This document shows, piece by piece, positions 1 to 13,066 of a stretch of 64,000 nucleotides of DNA. Location of the stretch: positions 28,894,001 to 28,958,000 of the forward strand of contig NC_058368.1 of the NCBI RefSeq assembly GCF_018350175.1, read 5' to 3'. Within the stretch, counting starts at the first letter, position 1. The number at the start of each line of letters is the position of its first letter. A program made the translations under genes and the position numbers. Source of the DNA: Felis catus (Eukaryota). Below the pieces are notes generated by a model. That model saw only the letters and a list, made by a program, of their open reading frames with translations, ran no database searches and was not told the origin of the DNA.

Positions 1-89
1 AACCTGATGCAGAGCTCAAACTCATAAGCCATGAATGAGATCATGAGCCGAAGTCAGACACTCAACCGACTGAGCCACCTAGAAGCCCC
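1..89 (-). mobile_element. Can-SINE head, truncated by the window edge
   Basis: Reverse complement of GGGG...TGGCTCAGTCGGTTGAG (Pol III A box). Confidence 0.85.
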
Positions 90-121
90 TGAGTTGTTTG
101 TCTGTTTTTCCTTAATAAAAG

Positions 122-456
122 AGACATTGGACAATATGGGGATTCATGGCACCAACACCAAGCATGCAGTCAAAAATCCACATATAACTTTTACTCCCTC
201 TAAAACTTGACTATTATCAGCCTACTGTTGACCAGAAGACTTATCAGTAACATAAACAGTTGATTAACACATATTTTGTATGCTGTATGTATTATTACTG
301 TATTCTTAAAGTAAGCTAGAGAAAAAATGTTCTTAAGAAAATCATAAGGAAGAAAAAATACATTTACAGCACTGTACTTACTGTATTCTTTGGAAAAAAA
401 TCTGCATGTAAGTTGGACCCAGACATTTCAAACCCATATTGTTCAAGGGTCAACTG
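122..456. mobile_element. TcMar-Tigger MITE (Tigger2a-like)
   Basis: Ends GTTCAAGGGTCAACTG followed by TA (Tigger2-type TIR); homologous along its length to 33856-34217. Confidence 0.75.
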
Positions 457-746
457 TATATCTATAATAAATTAGATTGAGAATGTATGACACTCCTCCC
501 CCAATCCCACTCTTTCTCCATTCTTATTGTTTCTTGAGATTTTAGGCCTACTTATTCATTTATTCTAAGCTTAATGAACAAATTCATAAAGCATGTAAGA
601 TATTCTCATAGAGAATTGATATCAACAACTCTATGTATGTGTTTAAACATCATTATCCTGTTCAGATATATAAAAATGCTGTTGCCAGACAGACTGCCCC
701 TCTAAAAGTGTTATGTGTGACTACACGTAAAAATTGTCCCATAGCT

Positions 747-879
747 GGGGCACCTGGGTGGCTCAGTCAGTTAAGCATCCCACTCTTGATTTGGGCTCAG
801 TCTCAGGTCACCATCACACAGTTTCGTGAGTTTGAGCCCCACGTCGGGCTCTATGCTGACCCTGCAGAGCCTGCTTGGG

Positions 880-935
<56 letters not shown>

Positions 936-1016
936 ACTCTGCTCCTCCCCTGCTCATGTTCTCCCTATCTGTCTCAGAATAAATAAATAAACTTTAAAAA
1001 ATTACTTAAAAAAAAA
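747..1016 (+). mobile_element. Can-SINE with long (CT)n
   Basis: A and B boxes, (CT)n, AATAAA tail; degenerate TSD aaaattgtcccatagct / aaaactgtctcagagct. Confidence 0.93.
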
Positions 1017-1575
1017 CTGTCTCAGAGCTGATGAAGAAACCCTACTGGAGTCTTGAATGACTCTTCTGATGTCCTATTGACATCTGTATTCTCTCTCTGC
1101 TTTCAAATGCTTAAATTTTTTAAATGTTATTTTTCAGGCAAAATAAAATAACTTTGAATTAATAAAGTTTAGTTCCATATTAGCCAATATTTTTATTAAA
1201 CTTCTTAAATAGGTTCACAGTTTAAACAATTTAAAGATACCATTGTAGCTATTGATAGTAGTTGCCTTTGAGAGAGGCCCTGGAGTAGAGAAAAGAAGCT
1301 CTACTTTCTGTACCTTTTTAATATTCTAACATGTTTTTATTTTCTATATTTTATTTTTTAAATGTCCACCCACTATCTGAGCACTGGAATTTTGCATTTT
1401 GTTTTCTTATTTAAATAAAATAAGAACAATAAAGTAAAGGTCTTTTCTGAAATTGCTATATTTGGGGACCTTCACCCCTGGTACAGCAAAGCTTACACCA
1501 CACTGCAATGCCTACTCTAAGGGCAGAACATTGGCTCCCTTACCAATGGCAAAGGAGAAATCCAGTTAACTAGGC

Positions 1576-1787
1576 TTTTTTTTTTTTCAGTTTATTTATT
1601 TTGAGAGAGAGAGAGAGAGAGAGAGCAAGCGCACGAGCAGGGGAAGAGAAGTGAGAGAGAGAATCCCAAGAAGGCTCCACACCCAGCGCAGAGCCCGACA
1701 TGGTGTTCAGACTCACAAACTGTGAGATCATGACATAAGTCGAAATCAAGAGTCAGACGCTTAACCAACTGAGCCACCCAGGCGCCC
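1576..1787 (-). mobile_element. Can-SINE
   Basis: Poly(T), (GA)n, ends TGAGCCACCCAGGCGCCC. Confidence 0.93.
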
Positions 1788-2849
1788 AACCAGGCATTTC
1801 TATTGCATTTCCACACAGTATAAGTAAATGTATACATTGGTAGACATCAACATCAAGTGAGGATCAAGTGAGTATCAAGTGAGGAAAACACTTCTAAAGC
1901 AGCAGAAATAAAAACAGTTGTGCGCATTTGCAGACAGAACAGCTTCATCTATAGTGAATGTGTTTGAAAGAGTATTTGCCTAGAATTGGTTTCCTGCTTT
2001 AAAAACTTGTTCAGTGTAATTGGGACATCAATAGCAGTGGCTTCTGCTCTGACCACGACCAACCATGGGGTACCAGAGGCATCGAAGAGAAAGTTCCAGC
2101 CGGGGCCTCTCTTTGGAGTAACTTCATTAGGTTTGTCTTTGAAACTAGGAATGATTATTAGTTTACTGTTTATCGCATTAAGACTCTCTTAAGGTTTTGT
2201 GGCTCACGTTCCATTTTCCAAACTATAATATGCTATCATTTTCTTTTCATGTCTTGGTTTTTACAAATGAGTACATAGTACTCATCATGGAGTTCTAAGG
2301 TGTGCAATTCCACTCTGCATGATGAGGGACTTCCATTTCATAAAAGAGCTCTTAGTTTTCAAAAATAATAAGATTTACATAATGACATTCCAGAACTATC
2401 ATAAGCAAAAGATGGTATTAGATTTTATAGTTTCATAGCCCTTTGCCCTATATTCTCTTGGTATATTATTAAAGTAGCTTCACAGCCATTTCATTTGTTT
2501 TTAATTCCTTTATGAAGGTACCAAAAAATTTTAAATATAACCAATCTGTATATAGAAATTGTCAAGAGCTATGAATCTTCTATCATACTTATCTTAAACA
2601 GTCTCACAGAACTATCCTTGGATTCCCTTAAGCATCTGTAAGTGGTATCTGTCATTTGGCTGCATAGACATCCCCAGTCCCTATCTATAACTAACTCTTC
2701 CCAATACACCTGCCAAAGTAGATTGCATCATCTGTTGAGGGTAATGTAGTCAGGATGCAACGGGGGAAGAATGAATGCTATGGTGGTTTGCATCTTGCCA
2801 TTGAGATGAGAGATAAGTAGGTAAGTGAAGATGTTGACCGTTCTAATGC

Positions 2850-3510
2850 AGCCAAGCATTCACTTAGCAAACACTATTGAGCATTTATGTGGTAAACACT
2901 AGGTAGGGAGTCAGAATTAGAAAGGTGAATGAAGGAAGGCTTTACCTCTGCCTTCAAGGAGGTCACAGTTGAGTTGGAGAAGCACCCAAGTAAAGAGTGA
3001 CTTGTGTTAGAGCCACACTAGAGAGAATCAGAGAGGTAGGTTTGCTGCCTTCTGCCCTTGGGGGGAGAGTCAGGGAGGATAACAAGGCTGAATGCTTAAG
3101 GGATTAAAGGAGAAGAAAACATTGCAAGCAGAGACACTTTTACGAGGCCGTGGTGCATTTTGGAAACTGCAAGTAGTTTAGTGACTAAAACAAAGGGTTA
3201 AGTGAGGGCATGCCCCATGATGAGGCTAAAAAGGGAGAGAAGAGTCAGAGGGAATCCCAGAAGAATTTTAAGCCTGACAGTAGCATGGTCAAATTCATAG
3301 TCTCTTGGTTTGAAAGGCAGTCTCTTGGTTTGAAAGGCAGTGAAGCTGGCAGCAGGAAGACCTGTCGGGAAGCAGCTGCAGTAATCTTAAGTGACAGTCA
3401 GGGAGGCCCTGCTGGTGGCAGTGGGAAGGAAAGGAGGCCCACGAGCAAGAGAGATTTCAGTGGCAGAACCGATGGGTTCCGAGTGCCAGAGAGTCAAGGA
3501 TTCAAGTAAG
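2850..3510 (+). mobile_element. Degenerate L2-like fragments
   Basis: cattcacttagcaaacactattgagcattt start and purine-rich L2-like body; boundaries approximate. Confidence 0.45.
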
Positions 3511-6500
3511 ATGTAAGCCTTGCCCTCAATGAATTAACAGTCTTGCGGTCTTTTTGTCAGAAATAACAGAGGTTTCTTGTGTATGGTGCGGGGGGAGGGG
3601 AGGAGGGGGTTAAGTTTCCAACTGGGAAAGATTCAACCCCAGTCATCATTCTTGATGTGGATAATTAGAAAAGGAAAGAACTTAAGGTTAGAAAATACTC
3701 AGATGTGGTTGGTAAAGCAGATGGCAGAAAAAAGCTAGGTTTTTGCAGTAAAATTTCATGAAAGAGGAGAGAAAGGAAAGCCAGGCCCCAGAACCGTAGT
3801 CAGGCAACTTCTGTGAGGAGAAGGAAAGCCAGAGATGTGTGGAGCAAGCTGACAATATCTGCTTTAGCACAGAGTGACGCTAGGCACCAGCTCTAAGACA
3901 GCACAGTGTCATTCTGGATCTTGGGGAGCATATTTGAGAATTGTCAGCCAAGAATAGTAGGGTTCCCCAAATCTTTTTCCATCTCATGCATCCAAATGAG
4001 TCATTTCAGTGACGTCAGTGGGACCTGGGTGGCTGAGGCGTATACGTCTAAGTTATAAAGTGGAAACCATCACGTCTAATGCAGAGCCACCCAAAGAAAG
4101 GAAAAGCATACACATATTTGTTGTGTGCACATCACTTACAATGAAACAAAGTTAATTTACCAGTAACATGTGAGATTATAGAGAAGGGAGATTCAGAAGC
4201 TTCTAGCAAACAAGGGAGGGTAACTGGGAATAGTAATACCCATTATCACCAATTTAAAGCGTTTTGAGGGTTTTTTTTTCTATTTTCTCTTTTTAAGTAT
4301 GCTGACACTGTTTATTTTAATAAATATAAATATTTGCAAGAGACTCACTTCTGACCCTGCCCCCTAAAACTTTATTTTCTATCAGGCCGTAAACCTGAAA
4401 ATTGCAAATTTCTATAAAACTGTACCCTAAGAGTTTCTAACAGTTCCAAATGTGCAAATTTCCATGGAAACACAGAAGAGCAAGAGATTTGTTCTGCCCA
4501 GAAAGAAATCTGGGCAAGAGATGCAAGGGGAAGTAATGTTTGAATTGGGCCTTAAGAATGAGAAGGATTTCATCAAAGAGGCAGTAATAGCGAGGAGTTC
4601 GGGGCAGAGGTAATGGCCTCATGGAAGCATGAAAATGGGTAGCATGTTCAAGAAGAGCAAGTAGCAGTTCAAGGTGGCTAAGGCCGAAGTTGGCTGGAGA
4701 GTAAGAAGAAGGCATAGGAGCCAAACGTGGAAATACTTGTCAGGGTTATTCTATGAAAGGATCTAGCAAACTCAGTTGGACAGTCGAACCTAATTTTTAC
4801 CAGAGGTTAGATTTAAAACATTAGGAGTGAATGAGGACTGCTAAAATCGGAGCTGTTCTTTTTCTTTTCCGAGATGGTAGTAATTGATGAAGTTTGGGGA
4901 GTTGGCGGAACTACCCTGAGAGGTTCCACTATTCCCGTGAAAATTAGTAGTTGTTGTGGTAAGGAGATATTTTAGGAATTGTTGACAATACGTACGTCAA
5001 CAACTTTTAATTGCATAATGCCCCTAGAAAGATCCAAATCTTTTTCATGTGTTTCTTTCCGACTCCAGAAATAGTATTGGCAAATGTTCAGAGAAGGCAG
5101 AAATTTGCCAGAACATACTCTTCAAAACCCCAGCTCACCTCTTTATGGAAACAATCTTAGACAAATCGCTCGCGTGTCATTCAAACTGTATTACTCTGCT
5201 TTGGTGTCCATATGCATCATGTTATGAATTGTATGCATGATTAGAAAGAAAATTTTTTTCTTTTTATAACTTGCTCAAGTGCTATAATTTGATCTGAGTC
5301 ATAATTTTGGTGTCCATCTTTCTTTTAGTTAAAACTTTTACTTCCAGGCCTTTATTAATACTTCCACAAGGGATTAAGAAACATCACAACATATGAATTG
5401 AAATACTTCATTGTTTTAAAAAACATAAATTCATGAATGACATTGAAGATAAAAAGTAATACTATTTATAGGCCTTAAATTCATCCTCCTCCCCCTTCAA
5501 ATCAAATCCAGACATCAGTCCAGCTAAGACTTTAATGGAGTTAAATAATACAAGTGTCAGGATCTTAAAATCATGGAAAGTATCATTGTCATTTCTGTCA
5601 CATCAGTGTGGTTAGAGTTAGATGACAGATTTCAGTAATGAAATATAGGGCCTTTCATTTAGAGTTAGGTCCAAATTAATGTTGATTATGTTTCTAATTC
5701 CAAAGCTTGCTCATTCACCCAAATACAATGCTTCCCCTTTCTCCTGGCTATTAACTTATTGAAGGGGAAAGAGTTAGTAATAGATTTTTGCACAGCTTAC
5801 TGAGAGTACTTAGTCATGAAAAATAAATGAGGGGCTTTGGTTTACCTCAGCTGGCCAGTCTGGGGCCCACAGGAAAAGACTTAGAACAACACTTCGTATT
5901 ACCAAGGAGCAGGATGGATGGAGTCAGTTTGTTGTACAACTCTGGAACACCCCACATGTGTCTCTCTGTTATAGCTACTATTGCATTTGCAATTTTGTTG
6001 TGTGGTTCCAGAATCGTTTCTATATGGGGTACCTGAAGGTCCTTCCCATACCCTGCCAACCAGTTAGTGCTATATTTAGATGGAAACAGGCAGCCTGTAA
6101 TTTCTGTATTAATGTAGATTGAGTTTGTAAGTTCAAACCAGATTTCATGAGTATCCCAGAAACTGTCCATAAAAACTGGAAGCTGAATAAAGTTACTTTT
6201 TCTCAAAGGGATGAAGTGTTTTTTTAAGCGTCTGTATTTTTTGTGAGATTATTAAGGGATACTTTAGATCCATTGTTTAGGGTAGATCAACCAAGGATCA
6301 TTTTGTAAAGCAATTGTCCACTTCTAATTAGATTTCAAGATGTGTAACTGTTTCTGTTGTCTTCAAAGAGCTAATTTGGGGATGTATTTAGAGTCTCTTT
6401 TTATAAGCTTTAATAAAGCATACCTGTCTGTGAGGGCACTGATTCTATTTGTAGGTATAGGTATTTTCACTCTGATTACTTTTAACTTCAGAGCACCAAG

Positions 6501-6589
6501 GTGATGCAAGACTATTGAATCTAACACTGAGGCTTACCTCTACTCACTCCAGTGATCATCCAAGATTCCTCAGGCTGTGAGGAACTTGC

Positions 6590-6740
6590 AGATGACATCC
6601 GTCATTTCACAGAGGAAGAAATTAACACTCAGAGCAGTTAGCTGACTGTTCCCTCCCCGGGTTTGTAGAGCTGATTAATAAAAGAACTAGAACTAGAACC
6701 GGGGTCTCCTGCATTTTGTTACACTAAGTCTTCTAGGCCA
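6590..6740 (-). mobile_element. MIR fragment
   Basis: catttcacagaggaagaaatt...agaactagaacc core. Confidence 0.5.
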
Positions 6741-6943
6741 GAGGGAAATTAGGTGTGTCGTTCCTCTGTTTTCTCCTTCTCTATTTGAAAATCTAACTCT
6801 CCTTCAGTGAACTGCCAAAAGCGAGTGAAGAATACTGTTTGTTCCCTAAACAAGAAGAGAGAGATTCTAGTCTGCAAGATGTTTTCAGGATCTGCCCCTT
6901 TGACACAGAAATGTGTTTTTATTACATTTAAAAGAGAGTACAC

Positions 6944-7143
6944 GAGAGCCACAGGGTGGATCAGTCGGTTAAGCATCTGACTCTCGGTTTTGGCTCAGGT
7001 CATGATCTCACGGTTTGTGAGTTCAAGCCCCACGTGGGGCCTGCCTGGGATTTCTCTCTCTCTTTTCCTCTGCCCCTCCCCAGCTTACTCTCTCTCTCTC
7101 CCTCTCTCTCAAAAAATAAACATAAAAAATTTTTTTAATAAAA
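6944..7143 (+). mobile_element. Can-SINE
   Basis: Head, GAGTTCAAGCCC B box, (CT)n, A tail. Confidence 0.92.
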
Positions 7144-8084
7144 TAGAGAACACAACCGTAAATCCCGTAACTCAGTGCCCCTCCCACCTCATTTGCAGTT
7201 AAAACAGGGAAGTGGGTGACCAATCAGGATAATTGTCCAGACACTTAAAATGTTATTTGAGGTGATAGATAAATAAGCACATATATCCCTTTGAGAGATT
7301 TATGTCATATGAATTAGAAGAATTTCACTGTAAATTTCTTTTTAATTTATTTTGTGTATATGTTAAACATTAGCATTTCAAAGGGACAAAGCATATTCCA
7401 CCAGAATGTTTGGTTCCGTTATTTTATGTAAACAGTATCTGAGCCTTACATGGTCTTAGTATGCATATGGAAATATTGTGTATTTTACTGAAAATAAAAT
7501 AATTTCTAAATATAGATCTATACCCTTTTAATGATTATCAAACTCATTCTGAGCATGCATTTTAACCTATAGCCATACATGCATTATTTTTAAACAACTT
7601 CTTAACTGTGAATCATTTTTTGCTTTTCCTTACCACAGAATAAGAAATTTATAATAAATTAAATGACAAATTAATGGTTCTTTTTTTAAAGATTTGAAGA
7701 AAATATAGTATGATTAAAATGCGAAGGCTTTCTTCTCAAAAATTTGTCTGTGGTTTTATAGTTTAGCATTGCCATATTTTGACAAATCACTTTATTTAAA
7801 AGTCACTTTAAATAAAAAGGAATCTAAACACAGAATAATTCCATTAAAGTCAGGACAGTAACTCCCTTGGTGGAGGTAATGACCTGGATACACAGGTGTG
7901 TTCAGGGCTAAGTGACACATTTATATGAACATTTCTGTATGTATATTATACTTCAATTCAAAGTAGAAAAAAAGTTTAAAGAGCTAAAATACACTCTGAG
8001 ACTTGCCTTGTACAACTTACAAATATGTGATTGGTAGTTTCTTTACTGTTTATTATTTGATGCCAAATTTAAAAGAATAGACTA

Positions 8085-8294
8085 GAAGTGCCTGGGTGGC
8101 TCAGTTGGCTAAATGTCTGACTCTTGATTCAGCTCAGGTTATGATCCCATGGTTCATGAGTCCGAGTCCGTCATCAGGCTCCGCTCTAATCATGCGGAAC
8201 CTGCTTGGGATTCTCTCTCTCTCTTCATCTCTCTCTGCCCCTCCCCTGCTTGCACGCTATCTCTCTTTCTCAAATAAATAAACTTAAAAAAAAA
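8085..8294 (+). mobile_element. Can-SINE
   Basis: Perfect TSD AAAAGAATAGACTA at 8071-8084 and 8295-8308. Confidence 0.93.
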
Positions 8295-8490
8295 AAAAGA
8301 ATAGACTAAAAATATGGTTGGATTGCTTCATTTTTTCTTTAAATCCTTCCTGTACTCTGCTAGGAACTAAGATGTTAAATTGCGAAGTATTTTACCCATT
8401 CAAGGAAAAATATGTAAACCTTAATTATGTTTGTCATCAAGATAAAAACCAAATAGGACCTTAGCTTCTGAGTTTCAGAAATGTGAAGTC

Positions 8491-8861
8491 TTTTTTTTTA
8501 ACTTTTTATTTTAATTCTAGTTAGTTAACATACAGTGTTATATTAGTTTCAGGTGTACAATATAGTGATTCAGCAATTCCATACATCACTCAGTGCTCAT
8601 CATGACAAGTGCACTCCTTAATCCCCATCACCTATTTAGCCCATACCCCCATCCACCTCCCCTCTGGTAACCATCAGTTCTCTATAATTAAGAATCTGTT
8701 TCTTGATTTCTCCCCCTCTCTCTGCTTTTTCCCTTTGCTGATTTGTTTTGTTTCTTAAATTCCACATATGAGTGAAATCATATGGTGTCTGTCTTTCTCT
8801 GACTGACTGAATTTCGATCAGCATTATGCTCTCTAGCCCCATCCATGTCATTGCAAAGGGC
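8491..8861 (-). mobile_element. 5'-truncated carnivore L1 (ORF2 C-terminus plus 3'UTR)
   Basis: Encodes degenerate PFAMTWMGLESIML; homologous to 42655-43007. Confidence 0.88.
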
Positions 8862-9040
8862 AAAAATGAAATCTTCCTCTTAAAGTATATTCCAAGTGTT
8901 GTATCATAGACTGTCTTAAAATAAAATATAATTCACTTGTAAGTAAAACATTCTTCAAATTTACTTGTATAATAGATGGGTTGGGTTTTTCCTGTGACTC
9001 GGAAACAAGAAATGTTTACTTTTCAAATCATCCTTGACAG

Positions 9041-9149
9041 GTTGCCTCTGCCAGAGCAGACGTTCATGGGCTTCTGGACGTTTGGTCAGTCAAGAAATGG
9101 AATGCAAAAGCTGTTGTGTCCAGCAGTAACTCGTCACATAGATGTAAAG
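9041..9149 (+). CDS. VWA8: VWA8 internal coding exon (about human exon 27), 109 nt
   Basis: ccttgacag|G TTG CCT...GTA AAG|gttgac; encodes LPLPEQTFMGFWTFGQSRNGMQKLLCPAVTRHIDVK, matching recalled VWA8 (LTLPEQTFMGYWTIGQ...); frame continues into the next exon. Confidence 0.93.
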
Positions 9150-9636
9150 GTTGACACCATCATTTCTTCATTCAAATACTGAATGTTACAACTTTTTCTA
9201 TATGTTCCCTGGGGAAAACTCCATACAATCTCCAAAATAACTTGTTCTGAGGTTATGTTAGATTTAACTTCCACTCCAACTCTCAAGCCAGCCTGGCCTC
9301 TGAGGAACTCAGTGTAGGTCATTGTCAGTGACTAGTAGAATTCCTAAGAGCCAACGTGAATTAGAGTCAGGTATGTTGTGTGTCCTCCTAAAAGAGTTAC
9401 TCCATGATCCTTGTTTTCATGTAAAAAGGCAAAGGAAAGGAGTATCAGTTGTTACAACAGAAAGTCCTTTAGGTATTCAAGCAGAAAGGGATTTACTGTG
9501 GGGAATTGGATGCTTGTAATATCATTGGAAAGGACAGAAGAAACAGCAGTCAAGGGGCCACCACTGGACTTTGAGTCTCAAGTTCAGTGTGTCTGCTTCT
9601 ACTACCATCCCTGCTGCTGGCAGCGACACGGCGAAG

Positions 9637-9833
9637 CAGGATCAGCAAACTTTTTCTGTAAAGAGCCAGATGGTTAATGTTTTAGGCCATACAGATTCTG
9701 TTGCAGCTACTTAACTTTACTGTGATAGCACAAAAGCAACCGTAGGTAATAGGCTAACAGATGAATGTGGCTGTGTTGTAGTCAAGTTTTATTTACAAAA
9801 GCAAGCAATGGGTCACACTTGACCTGTGGGCCA
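9637..9833. mobile_element. MER58-like hAT-Charlie element, apparently nested in an old MaLR LTR
   Basis: caggatcagcaaactttttctgtaaagagccagat...gacctgtgggcca. Confidence 0.65.
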
Positions 9834-10022
9834 TTTAAGTGCGTTTAATTGGCAGAACCGAAATCACATCCAGAACCCTTACTGCAAGGGAGTTTGAGGA
9901 ATGTTGTTTTTAGATTTCCAGCTCCAGAGATGCAGACTAGATAGAAAGGGGCAGGATGGAGGGTGGCAGGGATGCCACAACAGTCACCATCCAACCCAGA
10001 CATTTTTGATTAATTAAGGACT

Positions 10023-10212
10023 GGGGGCACCTGGGTGGCTCAGTCAGTTAAGCATCCAATTCTGGATTTCAGCCGAGGTCATGATCTCACAGTTCGTGCT
10101 GACATCGTGGAGCCTGCTAGGGATTTTCTCTCTCCGTCTCTCTGTACCCATCCCCTACTTGTGCACGTGCTCTCTTTCTTTCTTTCTCAATAAGTAAATA
10201 AACTTTAAAAAA
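10023..10212 (+). mobile_element. Can-SINE with internal deletion (B-box region absent)
   Basis: Head intact; cacagttcgtg joins directly to ctgacatc; TSD aaggactg. Confidence 0.88.
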
Positions 10213-10864
10213 AGGACTGTATGGCATGGGAATATTGAAAGTGTAGTTACATCTATATAATTCTTCTATATAGTTGTTTTCTCTAAGTACCAGCCCTAAT
10301 ATCAATAATATTATTAAATTAGATCCTCTGCTTATGTTTATATTGAATAATTTTCACTATGTGTATAATATTCTACCTTTTGTAAACAACAGTAGTTATC
10401 AGCAAGCTTTTATTTCAAAGACTGAAGTTTAGCCATTATATTCTATATAATGGTATAATAATCATTCTTTACAATGGAGCTATATAAGGTCCTGATTCAT
10501 GCATTTACAGATTATTTTCCTAGTTTGGACAGCCCTGGGTCCCAATACTTGGAGTTCAAACCTTGACCATTGTTTAGGAAGGCATAAAGTAATCAGAAAT
10601 CCTATGGGGTTTTTCATCTGGTGTACCTTGTGAGTAAAAAGAAAAGAAAGTGAGCAATTAAGATAGGACAATTGAAAGCATTTATAAATGCAAGTATATG
10701 GTATTATTATTGTTATAGGTACCATGATAGTCAACAAAATAAGAAGAGGTATATCAAGATGTTGGGTATTTGAATTTAAATTTCATATTTTAGAAAAACT
10801 TCAGTTTTTCTACATTTTAGTAACTATCCAAAATTCCTTAACTCAGACAACTACTCTATTATAG

Positions 10865-11003
10865 GGTCCAGCACTTATAAACATACAGGAGTATCCAATA
10901 GAAAGATATGAAGAAAGGTCCCAAACCTTTACTGAAGAATGTGCCTCCTGCAAATTACCATTGGATGAAATTAATTTAATCTGTGACATTGCTACGTCAT
11001 GTG
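10865..11003 (+). CDS. VWA8: VWA8 coding exon (about exon 28), 139 nt
   Basis: attatag|GGT CCA...TGT G|gtatgt; GPALINIQEYPIERYEERSQTFTEECASCKLPLDEINLICDIATSC. Confidence 0.93.
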
Positions 11004-11711
11004 GTATGTCAATTTATTCTTTTGATTTTTCTTTCCTGTACTGACTTTTTTCTAAAAGAGGGATTGAAAGAATCTCTAGACATCAAAAAGTCTATGATAG
11101 ACTCAGTAACTGTGTCATATTGGATTGGATAGTAATTATATGCAATTTAGACCTGATTTCCTATAACAACCTAACAAAATACTATTGTGGAATCCACATA
11201 AGCACCGCTAAGTTTGTATGCATATGTCTGTTTCTCATTACAACTGTAGCACAAAGTTAAACACACCCAGACATGTGCTAAAAATAGAAGGGAACAAGAA
11301 AAAGAGAAACATTGGATTTGGGGGCTGGGATTCCAGTTTGATGATGGCGTGAACCACCAAAGCACGGCTGGAGTGCTTTGCAGTCATTACATTTATTTTA
11401 AAGAATGGCAAATGAAGGATGTGAATTTTTGGCATCTACATTTCTGGACTGCTGCCATTTCCTACTGACTCATACAGTGTGCCCTGGGTACTTTTTGGCA
11501 GAAGTTTTCAATCGAGGGCAGTTCATAAGGTCCTATTAAACAGAGGTGATGACAGAACAAAGGGAGAGAGTTTCTAACTTGCCTAGGATGGGGATTGTTG
11601 AGGGGAAAATTCAGAAGCAAGTTTTTGTTATCTAAGTTCTATGAATATTATTTATTCCCAAAATCAGCTTTGTGGAATAAAAATATATGCTTTAAAAATA
11701 TACAAGGTTTT

Positions 11712-11884
11712 GGGGCACTGGGTGGCTCAGTCAGTTAAGGGTCTGACTCGGTTTCAGCTCAGGTCATGATCTCAGGATTCACCAGTTCGAGTCCCACATC
11801 GGGCTCTGCGCTGACAGCTGGCTTGGGATCCTCTCTCTCTGCTCCTCCACCCCACCCCCATCAAAATAAGTAAAATGAGGGCAA

Positions 11885-11888
<4 letters not shown>
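11712..11888 (+). mobile_element. Can-SINE (short variant)
   Basis: A box, GTTCGAGTCCC B box. Confidence 0.88.
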
Positions 11889-11889
<1 letters not shown>

Positions 11890-11933
<44 letters not shown>

Positions 11934-12065
11934 TATATGCACATATATGTATGTGTATATACACACATATATATACGTGTATATACACATATATGTGTGT
12001 GTATATACATGTGTGTGTGTGTATATATATATATATATGTGTATATATATATGTACATATACACA
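11890..12065. repeat. Compound (AT)n/(AC)n/(GT)n microsatellite
   Basis: About 175 bp of alternating purine-pyrimidine sequence. Confidence 0.95.
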
Positions 12066-12648
12066 GGGGTTTTTGGTAACAGACAGGTGCTCTTATGAAG
12101 ATATTTTACATTCACCAGTAGAGAATAAATATGGATTTTATGTATAAAGCTTGAACTTTGGCCCTTGTCCCATCTTTCAGAATTGGAAATAAGTATGCTG
12201 TGATCCTCTGCCCCATGCCAGTGAGAGGCATCGCTAACCAGGAGCGCTTTTCTGGTTAAATCTTGTCCTGGCCTCATGGTTCTCAGAACAACATTCCAGG
12301 CAGCTGCCGTCAGTCAGAATCGGCCCATAAAAATAATGCTGCTCTTTCTGTAATTGAACTCTCTGTTTCAGTATTGTCCACTTATGCAAACTAGAGTTTT
12401 AATTGTTTTTTGTTTCTTTGTTTTTATACCTTTTCTGTATTTTTGGGAGAAAAGAGCATTTTGGGAGGTTAGAATTAAAGTTAATTGATATATATACATA
12501 ACGTATGTATATCCTAATCAATCCATCACGGTTTGTCCACTGAGTTCCAGCTGTGTGCTCAGTCTCATGATTCAGATTTCACTGGACCTCTTGACCAGTC
12601 AGAAAATCTACTGCAGATCACACAGTTAACACCTTTTTGTCATTACAG

Positions 12649-12848
12649 AAAATGAGGAAAATACCCTCTATGTAGTTGCATGCAATCCCATCACCTTATA
12701 CTTTCTGAACATGACGGGGAAAAGTGGCTACATGGTGGACCTCTCTGACCTCTTCCCAAGAATGGCCGGTAGAATTTGGCACCCATTTGTGACAGTGGCA
12801 CCGCTGGGAAATCCCCTCAAGGGTCAAGTGGTTCTCCACGAGCAGCAG
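12649..12848 (+). CDS. VWA8: VWA8 coding exon (about exon 29), 200 nt
   Basis: cattacag|AA AAT GAG...CAG CAG|gtaagg; (E)NEENTLYVVACNPITLYFLNMTGKSGYMVDLSDLFPRMAGRIWHPFVTVAPLGNPLKGQVVLHEQQ. Confidence 0.95.
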
Positions 12849-13066
12849 GTAAGGCATCCCGGGCTACTCACATGGTACAATTACTCCAAGAGTAAGCTGT
12901 GTGAAGAAAAAGGCAAAGGTGATTCGCAACCTACAAGTGAAAATACGTGCTTTCATAAACATCAAGGAGGGATCAGAGCTGTGTTTTGTCAGTACCACAA
13001 AGGCAGGCTAATATCTTCTCTGCAGAGACTTCAACATGACCTATAATTCTGGAAGCATGTAAATTA

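Noticed and set aside
747..850. tRNA-like A and B boxes
   Set aside because: These are SINE heads derived from tRNA, not tRNA genes.
633..986. Many 60-120 aa ORFs with SLSLSL, ERERER or YIYIY tracts
   Set aside because: Translations of Can-SINE CT tracts and microsatellites.
5847..6206. 119-aa minus-strand ORF in unique sequence
   Set aside because: Non-ATG start, no recognisable homology or exon structure.
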